The notes under the pieces: generated by a model | Told to the model about the DNA's origin: nothing | Seen by the model: the letters and a program-made list of their open reading frames with translations, nothing else | Database searches by the model: none | In this document: in pieces, positions 1-10,011 of the stretch | Numbering within the stretch: the first letter of the stretch is position 1 | Layout of the letters: each line of letters begins with the position of its first letter | NCBI GenBank assembly: GCA_014874265.1 | Contig: JACWAM010000109.1 | Coordinates: 4,808 to 68,807 of the forward strand | Source of the DNA: Thermoleophilia bacterium | Lineage (GTDB): Bacteria > Actinomycetota > Thermoleophilia > BMS3ABIN01 | DNA: 64,000 bases | Direction of reading: 5' to 3' | Position numbers and translations under genes: made by a program

Positions 1-152
1 CCGTCCACATATATCACTTCTGTCGCGAAATCAAAACTCTCGGTGTGGGCCTTGACGTTTTCCAGGGTGTGCGCCAGCAGATCGCCCTGGTTTAAACCCG
101 GTATGATCACCGACAGGTAAATGTCCGGCTGAGTCAGAGCGGCGCTCATCCC
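1..152 (-). CDS. Glycosyltransferase family 2, N-terminal fragment. The gene runs off the left edge of the window.
   Basis: The reverse strand from an ATG at about 152 reads MSAALTQPDIYLSVIIPGLNQGDLLAHTLENVKAHTESFDFATEVIYVD. This is a typical GT2 N-terminus (LSVIIP..N.., E.I.VDDGS region). It overlaps the stop of the upstream minus-strand gene. Confidence 0.5.
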
Positions 153-1501
153 CGGCTCCCTCCGGCGGCGAAGTCTAAAGTGGAATCCGGCCAGGCCGCG
201 GTTTCGCCGGCTTCGATCCGTGAAAATATGGCAGGAAAGACCAGCATCGACATTTGGGCTCCCCACAATATCAGCAGGCCCCAGCTTCCCGGATGAGCCC
301 ACCAGCCCCAGTTTTCCTGGTCAAGCAACTGCCAGACCCGCCAGTAATCCAGCTCGATGAGAATAAAAGCCAGCGTCAGCGCGCCGATCAGCGGTTCCCG
401 GTAGCGGCGCCTCAGAGCTGCCAGCGGACTCGCTATGGTCGCGGCGATCACGGAAAGAGGCAGCAGCAGCTGGATTAAATGATGGCCATAAAGATAATTG
501 GGAATCAACAAAAAAGCCGTCACCAGCAGAGCAAACGTCGGCTGGGCGGCGGCGCTGCTGCGGCGGCGGCGCCACACAGTCAGCAGCGTCGCGGCAGCGA
601 GGATGGCCCCCGCCCCCAGCGATACCGGCTCGGCCCACGCCGACCCCCGTCCGGCGATGCGCGCCAGCGCCGCCGGAAACGACTGATTGTCCCAGTAAAA
701 CAGCTTTGCGGACGTCTGGCTGAAAAGAGCCCGGGGCAGGCCCGCGTCCAGCAGGAGGCCAAAATATAACCAGGAGACCGCCTCCAGGAAGACGGCGGCG
801 GCGGCAAAACCGGCCAAGGCGCGCCAGCGGCGCCGGAAGGCAAAGTAAAACAGGAGCAGCGCCGGCGTGAATTTTATCGCCACCGCCCCCGCAAGCGAAA
901 CACCCGCCCAAAAATTCCGGCAGCGGCAAGACAGGTAGAAGCAAGCGGCCAGGAAAAACAGGATGATCCCGTTTGCCTGGGTCAGGGCGATGTTGGACCA
1001 GAAAGGCGTGGACCAGACCAGCAGCAGCACCGGCACCCACAGCGGCAGGCGGCCCGGCCCCATTTTTACCGACCGCCATATCATGACTATTGAGGCGGCC
1101 ACGGCCAGATAAGTGAGTAGCTCAAAAACCCGGTGGGCCTGCCGCAGAGAGAGTCGCAGCAGCGGCTCCAGGAACACCAGAAACGTGGAGGAGTAAAGGT
1201 ATTCCGCCATGCCGGCGCCCGCGCCCTGGACCTTCAGCTCGCCGCCCACCGCTTTCGTGCTGAAGGGATTGCCGCCACTTGCAGCTACCCGGCCGGCGGC
1301 AAAGTAAACGGCAAAGTCACTGTCGCGCCCGGGATCGGAAAAGAGGAACAGTTCATGAAAGCAAACCGCGGCTCCCAAAACAATGAGTAGCGCCGGCAGC
1401 AGCATCCTGAGGCGAAAGATGCGCTCCCGGGCTCCGGCGGCGGCAATCGCCGGCCCGGCTTGACTCACTCTTTTTTCGGCCGAGATCTCCAATGGGGTCA
1501 A
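146..1501 (-). CDS. Polytopic integral membrane protein, probably a GT87/DUF2029-like glycosyltransferase.
   Basis: 451 aa with more than 10 hydrophobic helices. It is the operon partner of the GT2 gene. No exact family motif was recognised. Confidence 0.35.
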   Translation of the reverse strand: MTPLEISAEKRVSQAGPAIAAAGARERIFRLRMLLPALLIVLGAAVCFHELFLFSDPGRDSDFAVYFAAGRVAASGGNPFSTKAVGGELKVQGAGAGMAEYLYSSTFLVFLEPLLRLSLRQAHRVFELLTYLAVAASIVMIWRSVKMGPGRLPLWVPVLLLVWSTPFWSNIALTQANGIILFFLAACFYLSCRCRNFWAGVSLAGAVAIKFTPALLLFYFAFRRRWRALAGFAAAAVFLEAVSWLYFGLLLDAGLPRALFSQTSAKLFYWDNQSFPAALARIAGRGSAWAEPVSLGAGAILAAATLLTVWRRRRSSAAAQPTFALLVTAFLLIPNYLYGHHLIQLLLPLSVIAATIASPLAALRRRYREPLIGALTLAFILIELDYWRVWQLLDQENWGWWAHPGSWGLLILWGAQMSMLVFPAIFSRIEAGETAAWPDSTLDFAAGGSRG

Positions 1502-1613
1502 GAGCGTCCCGTCAGAGGCATCTTGCTGCGGCCGGCTGCGCAGCTTATTTCCTTTTCGCTCGGCCTTGCTACGGACGGCCTGCCGGGACAGGCTCCAAAA
1601 GGTTTTCCAGCTT

Positions 1614-2972
1614 CTACCCCATTTTCGGAATTCTTGACATAGACTCCTTGATCTTCTCCTCCGGATAGGCGTAATCGGACAGATTTCCGGAAAGATAATG
1701 ATCGTAAGCGCTCATGTCAAAGTGGCCGTGACCACTCAGATTGAACAGGATGATCTTGCCTTCGCCCCTGTCGCGGCACTCAACCGCAGCGTCGATCGCG
1801 GCCTTGATCGCGTGGCAGGATTCCGGCGCCGGGATGATGCCTTCGGCTCGGGCAAACTTGATGCCGGCGTCAAATATCTCCGTCTGGCCGTAGGCAACCG
1901 CCCGCATGTGCCCCAAGTCAACCAGAGCGCTGATCAGCGGCGCCATGGCATGATAGCGCAGACCGCCGGCATGGATCCCCGGCGGGATAAAATCGTGGCC
2001 GAGGGTGTGCATCATAAACAGGGGCGTAGAGCAGAGGGTGTCGCCGTAATCATACGTGTAAGAGCCTTTCGTCACCGTAGGGCAGGCGGCCGGCTCAGCC
2101 GCGATAAACTCGATCTCCCGGCGGCCGGCAAGCTTGTCTCGCATAAAGGGAAATGCCAGCCCGGCGTAATTGCTGCCGCCGCCGATGCAGCCGATGATTA
2201 CGTCAGGATAGGCTCCCGCCATCTCCATCTGCAGGCGGCATTCTTCGCCAATGACAGTCTGGTGCGTCAAGACATGGTTTAGTACGCTGCCAAGGGAATA
2301 ATTACAGTCGTCATGGGTTGCCGCGTCCTCGCTGGCTTCACTGATAGCGATGCCGAGGCTGCCCAGGGACTCCGGATCCTGCTTTAGAATGGCGCGCCCG
2401 GAGTTGGTGCGGTCCGTCGGGCTGGCCAGCACGTCCGCTCCCCAGACCTGCATCATGCTGCGGCGGTACGGCTTCTGGTCATAGCTGATCCTGACCATGT
2501 AAACCGTGCATTCAAGGCCGAACATCTGCGTTGCCAGCGCCATGGCGCTGCCCCATTGGCCGGCGCCCGTCTCGGTGGCGATTCGCTTGGTCCCCGCCTC
2601 CCTGTTGTAAAAAGCCTGCGGCACCGAGGTGTTGGGCTTGTGCGATCCCGCCGGGCTGACGCCTTCGTATTTAAAAAAAATCTGCGCCGGCGTATCCAGC
2701 TCCTTTTCCAGCCGCATGGCGCGAATCAGCGGCGTCGGCCGCCACAGCTTGTAGACCTCCCTCACCTCTTCCGGGATATCAATGTGCCTCTCCCCGCTGA
2801 CTTCCTGCATGATAATTGACATCGGGAAGATTGGCGCCAGCGCGTCCGGCCCCACCGGCTCGCCGGTGGCCGGATCAAGCGGCGGCTTGAGACTGCCCTC
2901 CGGCATATCGGCAACGATGTTGTACCACCGGGTAGGCAGTCTGTCCTCAGAAAGCATGGTCTTGACGGTCAT
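1614..2972 (-). CDS. trpB: Tryptophan synthase beta-like protein, TrpB2 type (PLP enzyme).
   Basis: 452 aa with GGGSNYAG, a PLP-lysine region (GSHKPNT) and HTLGHD/GIHAGG motifs. Length fits TrpB2. No trpA is adjacent. Confidence 0.75.
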   Translation of the reverse strand: MTVKTMLSEDRLPTRWYNIVADMPEGSLKPPLDPATGEPVGPDALAPIFPMSIIMQEVSGERHIDIPEEVREVYKLWRPTPLIRAMRLEKELDTPAQIFFKYEGVSPAGSHKPNTSVPQAFYNREAGTKRIATETGAGQWGSAMALATQMFGLECTVYMVRISYDQKPYRRSMMQVWGADVLASPTDRTNSGRAILKQDPESLGSLGIAISEASEDAATHDDCNYSLGSVLNHVLTHQTVIGEECRLQMEMAGAYPDVIIGCIGGGSNYAGLAFPFMRDKLAGRREIEFIAAEPAACPTVTKGSYTYDYGDTLCSTPLFMMHTLGHDFIPPGIHAGGLRYHAMAPLISALVDLGHMRAVAYGQTEIFDAGIKFARAEGIIPAPESCHAIKAAIDAAVECRDRGEGKIILFNLSGHGHFDMSAYDHYLSGNLSDYAYPEEKIKESMSRIPKMG

Positions 2973-3087
2973 GGAAACCTCCGGTTACGGCTGATGCGTT
3001 AAGCATGACTCTAGCCTGCCGCCGCCGTTTTGACAAGAAGCACCCGGCGGCGGGCAGCGAAGAGAATTTTACATTGAAACCATGGCG

Positions 3088-3531
3088 TTATGTTAAGCTG
3101 TCAAACTCGGAGCCGGAGGCCGTCTGATGCACCAGTTTTTTCAGCTCCGGAATATGGCCGATAAGGCGCGTGTTCGCGTCTTTGGAGCAAGTAACATCAT
3201 ATCCGTGCTCCGGCTCGTTCAGCACCTGGTAATTGTCAAAAGTAAGGCCCTGGCGCTGACAGGAGCTCTGGGCCACATCGCCGGCGGCGGGATCGCTCTT
3301 GCTTTGTTTCCATTCGGCCTCGGCCGCCCTCGCGGCTACGTCTGACCCGTTATCGACGGCGCGGTAGGCATTAATCACAGAGACAATGTCCAGCGCCAGC
3401 AGGACAACGATGATAAACACGGCTCCCTTGACAAGAATGGAGAGCACCAGGCTGCCGTCTTCACGAAGAAAACCGGTCCGGCCGGATGGCCCTGCCCTTC
3501 CCGTGTCTTTTTTTGATGAAGATACTTTCAT
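3088..3531 (-). CDS. Small single-pass membrane protein, hypothetical.
   Basis: Start taken at the internal ATG (MKVSSSKK..) just after the upstream gene's stop at 3537. One TM helix (AVFIIVVLLALDIV). The track ORF 3088..3615 overlaps the upstream gene. Confidence 0.4.
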   Translation of the reverse strand: MKVSSSKKDTGRAGPSGRTGFLREDGSLVLSILVKGAVFIIVVLLALDIVSVINAYRAVDNGSDVAARAAEAEWKQSKSDPAAGDVAQSSCQRQGLTFDNYQVLNEPEHGYDVTCSKDANTRLIGHIPELKKLVHQTASGSEFDSLT

Positions 3532-3536
3532 GGTTT

Positions 3537-5561
3537 CTACCGTCGTTTCACAATCAGGAAAAAATAACCAATGCCAATTATAAGCGCCGCTCCGGCAACA
3601 CCCAGCACAATCCATACCCGGCCCGAGATGGGATGGATCGTGGCGTTATCGCCGGCAAGCACCACCCCGTTCGATTTTATCGAAGCATTCAGTCGAGACC
3701 AGCCGGCATCCCGGTAAGGAAATTTCATCACTGTCAGGCCCGGTTTGAGCTGCGTCCGCTGGTCGGAGCCGCGGGGGAAATTCACTCCGCCCGCTTCTAC
3801 TACTATATCGGCGGTTACCGGATAAGAATTGCCGTTTTTGACCGTCACGTCGGCTTCGCCGCTGCCGGATCCCTGCAGCAAGGGCAGGCTGACACCGATT
3901 GATATCCGGGAAAACTCCGAATGGACGCTATTAATAATATCGCTCAAATATGCCAGACCCTGATTCGCCGATCCGGGATCGGCTCCGGGGCCGGTCCAGT
4001 AACCGCTTTCGGCGGCGAACATCTTCCGCGACAGCGATATCATCGGCATGCTGTCCGAATCGACTGCTTCGCGGTAAGCCTCAAAGAGGCTGTGGGCCGC
4101 CGTCAGGTTCTGATAGTAGGTCTGGGATACATATCCGGAAACGGTGTCAACATACTTAAACAAGGTTGCCGGCTCGGTGCTGGGACGGTATTTATTGTTC
4201 GCATCGGCAAGGGTCATGGTGTTTAGCCAGGCTGCTCCCTTGATGGCGGCATAGATCTGGTCCCGCTGCTGAGCCGAAAGCGCCGGCGCCAGCACCTCGG
4301 GAGCGACGATGACCGGGTTTGCCTGACCGCCGGCGGCATAATCATTGGCAAGGGCGGCAAAGAAAGCTTGCGGGTCAGGCTGGCTGCCGAGCAGCGCCGC
4401 CGAGGCGTCATCGGCGGCAAAGAAAGCCGTGATTCTCTCCCCGCTTAAATCGCGGAGGCGGTAGGAGACGGCGCCGGCCAGATCAGGACCGGCCTGGACC
4501 GATCCCCGGAACGAACCGGGTAACACCGTATAATTGCTGCCGGTATCGGCCAGATAGCGCAGCGAGTCCGTCGTTACCATCAGGCCGGGCGCGAAGCCGC
4601 CCTGGGGATCCTGGCCGAGACCGAGGAGATCGGATTCAACATCCCGACCGATGCGAAACTGCCCATTGCCATCCTCCCAGCCATCCTTGGCCAGTAACGG
4701 CAAATTGGCAAATGTATACGGAGTCGCAAGGATTTCGCTGTTGCCCGAAGCCGCCAGCTGCTTGAGGCTGTCCAGGCACCCGCCGGCTGCCGTTGCTTCC
4801 GGCGAGTTTGCGGCAAGGGTCCGGACCCCGCTCCCTTCCTTAAGCTGAAACCCGCGGCTCATGGCGTCAAGCTGATCCAGCAGGGAAGGCTCGATTGCAT
4901 AGGTTGTCTTAATTTGCGGGTACTTTTGTGATAAATCCCAGTTCTGCAGGATGGAATCGGGCGCCTCGGGAGAAGCCTGGCAGCGGGTGACAAGAGCGGT
5001 GTTTTCAAACTGTCCGGCCGGATTTCGCCCCGGCGGGGAGCTTACCGGCCAGACGATCACAAGATCAAGCGGAGCATGCGCGCCCGCGTCCACCACCGCC
5101 AGCCAGGCGGTGGCGCCGGCCAGCTCCCCGCCGGGGCCCATCAGGCTCACCCGCACCGGATAGCCGCCGGCACTGACGCCCAGGCTGTCAAGCGAAGCGC
5201 CGAACTGAAGGCTCTCCTTTCCGGAAGTCTTGAAATTGTTTCTAATGCTCAGCTGGGTCAGTGGCTGGCCGCCAACGGGATTAGCCGACGCCGGCGACGC
5301 CGGCGTATAGACTTTTAAAACCAGATCGCCGGAAACGGTCTGCCCTCCGGAATCAACGGTTATATTAAAAGTTGCGGTATCCCCCGGGCGATATACCAGC
5401 TTATCGGTGACAGCAGAGACAGATGCCTGGGCCGCGGCCAGGGAGGCCGGCCGATCCCAGGCGCTGAGCGCAGCAAAACCGGCCAAAAAAATGAGCGCCA
5501 TCGCCACCGGCGCGTATCGGCGCAACCGTAATTTACATGCTTGCAGAAATTTGGTTTTCAC
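3537..5561 (-). CDS. Large secreted or surface protein with a C-terminal membrane anchor, hypothetical.
   Basis: 674 aa. It has an N-terminal signal-like hydrophobic segment and a C-terminal TM (IVLGVAGAALIIGIGYFFLIVKRR). No catalytic motif was recognised. Confidence 0.4.
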   Translation of the reverse strand: MKTKFLQACKLRLRRYAPVAMALIFLAGFAALSAWDRPASLAAAQASVSAVTDKLVYRPGDTATFNITVDSGGQTVSGDLVLKVYTPASPASANPVGGQPLTQLSIRNNFKTSGKESLQFGASLDSLGVSAGGYPVRVSLMGPGGELAGATAWLAVVDAGAHAPLDLVIVWPVSSPPGRNPAGQFENTALVTRCQASPEAPDSILQNWDLSQKYPQIKTTYAIEPSLLDQLDAMSRGFQLKEGSGVRTLAANSPEATAAGGCLDSLKQLAASGNSEILATPYTFANLPLLAKDGWEDGNGQFRIGRDVESDLLGLGQDPQGGFAPGLMVTTDSLRYLADTGSNYTVLPGSFRGSVQAGPDLAGAVSYRLRDLSGERITAFFAADDASAALLGSQPDPQAFFAALANDYAAGGQANPVIVAPEVLAPALSAQQRDQIYAAIKGAAWLNTMTLADANNKYRPSTEPATLFKYVDTVSGYVSQTYYQNLTAAHSLFEAYREAVDSDSMPMISLSRKMFAAESGYWTGPGADPGSANQGLAYLSDIINSVHSEFSRISIGVSLPLLQGSGSGEADVTVKNGNSYPVTADIVVEAGGVNFPRGSDQRTQLKPGLTVMKFPYRDAGWSRLNASIKSNGVVLAGDNATIHPISGRVWIVLGVAGAALIIGIGYFFLIVKRR

Positions 5562-5679
5562 ATCAGGAGCCCTGGACGCTGGACGCCACTTTTTACCTCT
5601 GGGCGCATCCTTGACAGAAGGCCGCTTTATTCATTTGCTGCCCACCGCCGCGTGCATATGATAGCATAGGCCAGCAACA

Positions 5680-6561
5680 GTGGCAGACGCAGGTTTTGAT
5701 AATTTCTACCAGATGACCCACAAGTCCTTGAAAGAAAAAAGGCCGGTGGCCAGCACACTCGATCAGATCCAGGAGGCTCTTGAGCCCCTGGTGAATGACC
5801 CCGGCGCCGCCGTTATTTTTCTCGACCTGGATGGCACGCTGGCTCCGATTACCCTGAAGCCTGCGGATGCGGCGGTGCCGCCCGAGATCTCCAGGCTGGT
5901 CCGGAAGCTGGAGCACCGGTTCCTGGCGGTAGCCATCGTCAGCGGCCGGCCTGCAACCGAGGCCAAGCGGATTACCGGCAATTCCGAGCTCACCTACATC
6001 GGCAACCACGGCTTTGAAACCATGCTCCCCGGCCGCGCCGTGGTCGTCTGCGATGAAGCCGCCCCGTTCATCCCCAAGATCAGGGAGCTGCTGGAATTCG
6101 CGCGCAACGTTCCTGACATGGTTGATTCAGGCATTATCGTAGAAGACAAGTCAGCAACCCTGTCATTCCATTTCCGCCGGGCGGCTGACCAGGATGAGGC
6201 GCTGTCGTTTATCCATGGCAAATTCTTTCCCATGATTGAAAAGCTGGGCCTGGCCGTCGATGAAGGACGGAAGGTCGTCGAGGTCAAGCCGCCGGTAGAG
6301 GTCAACAAAGGCGTTGCCGTCAGCCGCCTGCTGGACCGCCTGGACGCAAAGAAATCTCTCTATGCCGGGGACGACACCACCGATATCGATGCCCTCAAGG
6401 AGCTACGCAAGCGCAAGCGGCGGAAGAACACGGTGGCCGTGGGCGTCGGTGTCATCTCCAATGAGATGCCGCCGGACCTGCCTCGCTACGCCGATCTGCT
6501 CGTGGAGCGCACCAGCGGGATGGAGATGGTCCTGCAGATCCTGGCCGGGGAAGAACCGTAA
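5680..6561 (+). CDS. otsB: HAD-family trehalose-6-phosphate phosphatase-like (OtsB-like).
   Basis: DLDGTL motif I, and GDDTTDIDAL motif typical of T6PP-type HAD phosphatases. 293 aa. Confidence 0.6.
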   Translation: MADAGFDNFYQMTHKSLKEKRPVASTLDQIQEALEPLVNDPGAAVIFLDLDGTLAPITLKPADAAVPPEISRLVRKLEHRFLAVAIVSGRPATEAKRITGNSELTYIGNHGFETMLPGRAVVVCDEAAPFIPKIRELLEFARNVPDMVDSGIIVEDKSATLSFHFRRAADQDEALSFIHGKFFPMIEKLGLAVDEGRKVVEVKPPVEVNKGVAVSRLLDRLDAKKSLYAGDDTTDIDALKELRKRKRRKNTVAVGVGVISNEMPPDLPRYADLLVERTSGMEMVLQILAGEEP

Positions 6562-6565
6562 GTCA

Positions 6566-6692
6566 GAGTTCAAAGTTCAAAGTTAAAAAACACACCGCTC
6601 ATCCTATTTGGAGACTGTTATCCTGAAGGAGCAAAGCGACAAAGGATCTGTTTTTTAACCTAGTTTTCTAACCAAAACTTTTAACTTTGAAC
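6566..6692. repeat. GTTCAAAG tandem unit with an inverted partner, flanking an 85-nt spacer between the convergent otsB-like and PIG-L genes.
   Basis: gagttcaaagttcaaagttaaaa at the left. aacttttaactttgaacc at the right is its reverse complement. Confidence 0.6.
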
Positions 6693-7576
6693 CCTGGGCT
6701 AAGGGTTTGCGCTGCCCGGGCAAACTGGTCGAATTTTCCCCGTGAGTAATATTCATACGCCAGCCGGCCCGCATGCGGGCGCTTGCTGAGAACGCGGCCG
6801 GCGGGGACGGGCCTGTATGGCTCGCCCCCCAGGTGCAACAGGGCCGGCCCGCCCCGCAGCGCCAGCAGGGGATATAGAATCAGGCGCTGACTGGCGAAAA
6901 TCCGCGCCAGCTTTTGCTTGAGCAGGAGGTCTTTCAGTTTTAGCCTCGTGCGCGACTCAGGAGACGCGGCTGGTAAAAATTTCCCCACTGTCAGCACCGG
7001 TCCGGGCCGGTGATACAGGGGGAATTCGTAGAGCACCGGCTGCCCAGCATCCCCGGAAATCTTCTCAAGCGCAACCGCCGCGGCCATCTGAGCGGTATCG
7101 TGGTCCAGGTGTCCGCCCTCAAACGCCGGCACGAAAATAGCAGCGGGCCGCAGACGCAAGATCAAAGCGGCAAGCCTGTCAACGATTTCATCAAGGAAAT
7201 CCAGAGCGTGGTTATCCGGCAAAGCCAGAAACAAGAGGTTTTTTGCCGGCACTCCCAGCAGCCTCGCCGCCTGCACGGATTCGGCCCGCCGTCTCGCGCC
7301 ATGCAGGCCACCGCTGGTCAGCCAGGCAATCCTGACCTCTCCCCGGCGGGCCGCCTCCCGGATTGTCGCGGCAATAAAAAACTCGTCGTCGTGATGAGCG
7401 AAAATGAAAAGGACGGGCGTTCGCGGCGGTTCTGACAGCAAGCTTCGGCGCCGGCGGGAGATCACATTCCCTTCGTGGAGCCGGCCGGATTTTCCGCGGC
7501 GCCGAAAAACGCCAGCGGCGAGTAACTGCGGCCCTGCTGGCCGGCATCCCCACGAATTACCGAGAGCGGTTGCCAC
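6668..7576 (-). CDS. PIG-L/LmbE family N-acetylglucosaminyl deacetylase. The true start is probably internal.
   Basis: VLFIFAHHDDEFF (AHPDDE zinc-binding motif). The ORF overlaps the upstream gene by 115 nt, so the real start is likely downstream, for example the GTG at ..NVISRR. Confidence 0.65.
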   Translation of the reverse strand: MATALGNSWGCRPAGPQLLAAGVFRRRGKSGRLHEGNVISRRRRSLLSEPPRTPVLFIFAHHDDEFFIAATIREAARRGEVRIAWLTSGGLHGARRRAESVQAARLLGVPAKNLLFLALPDNHALDFLDEIVDRLAALILRLRPAAIFVPAFEGGHLDHDTAQMAAAVALEKISGDAGQPVLYEFPLYHRPGPVLTVGKFLPAASPESRTRLKLKDLLLKQKLARIFASQRLILYPLLALRGGPALLHLGGEPYRPVPAGRVLSKRPHAGRLAYEYYSRGKFDQFARAAQTLSPGFKVKSFG

Positions 7577-10011
7577 CAGTTGAGCAATTCGGCGTAACTG
7601 GCGAAAAAGCTGTCGAAGACCTTTTGCCAGGTACGGGACTGAGCCGACCTGGTCGCCTCTCGCGACATGGCGGCGCGCGCTTCCTCGTCGTCCAGCAGCC
7701 GCTCGATCTGCCGCCGGAAGCCGGCCAGGCTGCGGTTCGGCGCTGTGAGCCCGCTAATGCCCGGCATAATATTCTCGCAGGCGCCGCTTTCAGCGCACAC
7801 TATTGCTGGCAGGCCCGAGGCCTGCGCCTCCAGCACCACCTGGCCGGAAGTATCAACGCTGCTGGGGAAAACAAACAAATCGGCCGACGCGAACGCCGCG
7901 GCTAGGTCCTGCCCGTTGAGCCAGCCGGTAAACGTGGCGCTGCCTCCGAGAAGCTGCTCCAGCTGGCCGCGGTCCGGACCGTCTCCGACGATCGCCAGAT
8001 GGACGTCGTCCCGGCCGTCCAAGATGTCAAGGTAACATTCGGCCAGGAAATGCAGGTCCTTTTCCTGCGAAAGCCGGCCCACAAACAAAATAATCTTTTT
8101 GCCATCGCCGCCGCCCAGCCGCCGGCGCCAGTCATCCGAACGGGACTCCGGCGAAAACCGGTCTGTGTCGATTCCCTGATACTGGACCACCATCTGCCGG
8201 CGATCCAAACCGTGAGCATCAAGGTCGTTAACGGTGAACATCGATGGCACAAACGTCATATCAGAGCGCTGGTAAAACCAGCGGGTAAAGGTCCACGCCA
8301 CCTCTTCATTCAGCTTGTCATCGGTAATGCGGCCGATGCAGCGCGGAACATCAGTATGATAGCTGGTTACCAGCGGCACCTGCAGAATTTTCGCCGCCAG
8401 AAAAGCGGCAAAACCCATCGGTCCCGGCGTGGCGGCGTGGATGACGTCGTACTCCCTCTCTTCACAATGTTTGACAATTTCCAATAGCGGCGGCACGCCC
8501 AGGTTCAGTTCGCCATATTCAGGCAGGTTGACCGACGCCACCGCCGGAAACCGGAAAACGCGGCCTTCCCGGGCGGCGCGCTCTCCAAAACAGATAATGT
8601 CAAGCGGCCGGCTTTTGTGATCGCAATGCTCTTCCAGGCGCCGGAGGATGCTCGTCGCCCCGTTTACCTCGTCAAACGTGTCGGTGAACAGGCCCACCTT
8701 GAGCGGGCGCAAGTCGGCGTCCTCAGGCTCATCCGGAAAGATCTCCTTGTTTAACCGGATCAGAAAATGCCGCTGCCGGCTATGATAATTCGCGGCCAGC
8801 GAATGCGGCAGCAGCAGGGTCTGTAATGCCACAATCTTACCAATTTTATCAAAGTTGTCAACCAAGTTGAAAAGCGACAGATCGGAGAGACCGCCCAAGG
8901 TTGAGCGCACGCCCGCAGCCCACGCGGCGCTAACCAGCGAAAACAGGCGATTGTGATAGGTTTCTCCTCCGGCGCTGCCACCCTTCGCTGACTCCGCGAT
9001 TACGGGAATGAGAGCGTTGCGAAGGTCCGCGTCTTCCCAGGCTGCTTTAAGGACCCCGGCGGCCCGGCCGTCCCCTACCGCGAGCGCCAGCAGGCCCGTC
9101 CATTTGCGCGCGCTGGCGAAAGAGCCGTTCAGACCCGGCGTTGCCAGACTGGCGAGGCTCTTCCCCCAATGGCGTTTTTCTTTTTTGTTCATGTCTTCAA
9201 CGCTTTGAGCCAGCAGGCCCAGCATCGTGTGCGCCAGCTTGAGCGTGCTCCCGTGCGCCCCCCGGGCATGCGTGCGGCCTGCCTTCACCTCGGCAAGAAA
9301 ATCGGCGATGGAGTTTGCCGGACCGGTTTCGGTCCAGGCGCTGGCCAGGTCATAACCCGCATGATCGTCCGATCCCGCGGTAAAGCTTATCCGGTCCGTG
9401 GTGACCGGCTCCAGGTTGTGTTTCTCAGCCAGCTCCATCAGGAGCTCCGCGGAGCACCGTTCCGCCAACCGCCGGGACATCGAGTTCTCCCGCTCCAGCG
9501 TGGAGCCGTTATGGACCTCCCAGCGCGGGAATAGCAGCATCAGCCTCTCGATGTGGCCGCGGGTCAACTCGCCTCCCAGCCGCGTCAGCGGATGCGCCAG
9601 CACGTAGGTGATCTCTTCCTGGTTGAAGTACGACACCAGATCATAAAGATTGGGCCGCAGTTCCTGAATATCCCGGTGCTGATCCTCGCTGATGCCGAGA
9701 GCCAGCGCATGCAGCTTGACATCTTCGCCGGGGAAATAAGTAGTGACTTCCTCGCTGATGAAAAAATCGGGGTGATGAGCCAGCCGCAGGGCGCCTTCGA
9801 TGGTGTTGTGATCCGTCAGGGTAACATACGTCATCCCTGTGTTCTTGCAGACCTGGTAGGCTGTTTCGGGGTCCGTGTTGCTTTCTCCGACACCGGCCTG
9901 TCTGAGAATCCACAGGTCCGATTCCTGGGAGAACCGCGAATGGAGATGGAGATCAACCCTGGTGACTCCGGCGGTTTTGGCTGAACTTCGTGCCTTGCCG
10001 GTCAGGCTCAC
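7462..10011 (-). CDS. Fusion protein: N-terminal PHP-family phosphoesterase domain plus C-terminal GT4 (GT-B) glycosyltransferase.
   Basis: N-terminus has VDLHLHSRFSQESD and later HP/DH metal ligands (PHP). C-terminus has GRLSQEKDLHFL...VGDGP...FVFPS, typical of retaining GT4 enzymes. 849 aa. Confidence 0.6.
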   Translation of the reverse strand: MSLTGKARSSAKTAGVTRVDLHLHSRFSQESDLWILRQAGVGESNTDPETAYQVCKNTGMTYVTLTDHNTIEGALRLAHHPDFFISEEVTTYFPGEDVKLHALALGISEDQHRDIQELRPNLYDLVSYFNQEEITYVLAHPLTRLGGELTRGHIERLMLLFPRWEVHNGSTLERENSMSRRLAERCSAELLMELAEKHNLEPVTTDRISFTAGSDDHAGYDLASAWTETGPANSIADFLAEVKAGRTHARGAHGSTLKLAHTMLGLLAQSVEDMNKKEKRHWGKSLASLATPGLNGSFASARKWTGLLALAVGDGRAAGVLKAAWEDADLRNALIPVIAESAKGGSAGGETYHNRLFSLVSAAWAAGVRSTLGGLSDLSLFNLVDNFDKIGKIVALQTLLLPHSLAANYHSRQRHFLIRLNKEIFPDEPEDADLRPLKVGLFTDTFDEVNGATSILRRLEEHCDHKSRPLDIICFGERAAREGRVFRFPAVASVNLPEYGELNLGVPPLLEIVKHCEEREYDVIHAATPGPMGFAAFLAAKILQVPLVTSYHTDVPRCIGRITDDKLNEEVAWTFTRWFYQRSDMTFVPSMFTVNDLDAHGLDRRQMVVQYQGIDTDRFSPESRSDDWRRRLGGGDGKKIILFVGRLSQEKDLHFLAECYLDILDGRDDVHLAIVGDGPDRGQLEQLLGGSATFTGWLNGQDLAAAFASADLFVFPSSVDTSGQVVLEAQASGLPAIVCAESGACENIMPGISGLTAPNRSLAGFRRQIERLLDDEEARAAMSREATRSAQSRTWQKVFDSFFASYAELLNWWQPLSVIRGDAGQQGRSYSPLAFFGAAENPAGSTKGM

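Noticed and set aside
321-1079. Many long ORFs antisense to or overlapping the called genes (e.g. 321..1079, 15585..16220, 32719..33155, 42512..43549, 45257..46159).
   Set aside because: They are Arg/Pro/Ala/Gly-rich and have no motifs. They overlap strongly supported genes on the opposite strand or in other frames. They are typical spurious frames in about 62%-GC DNA.
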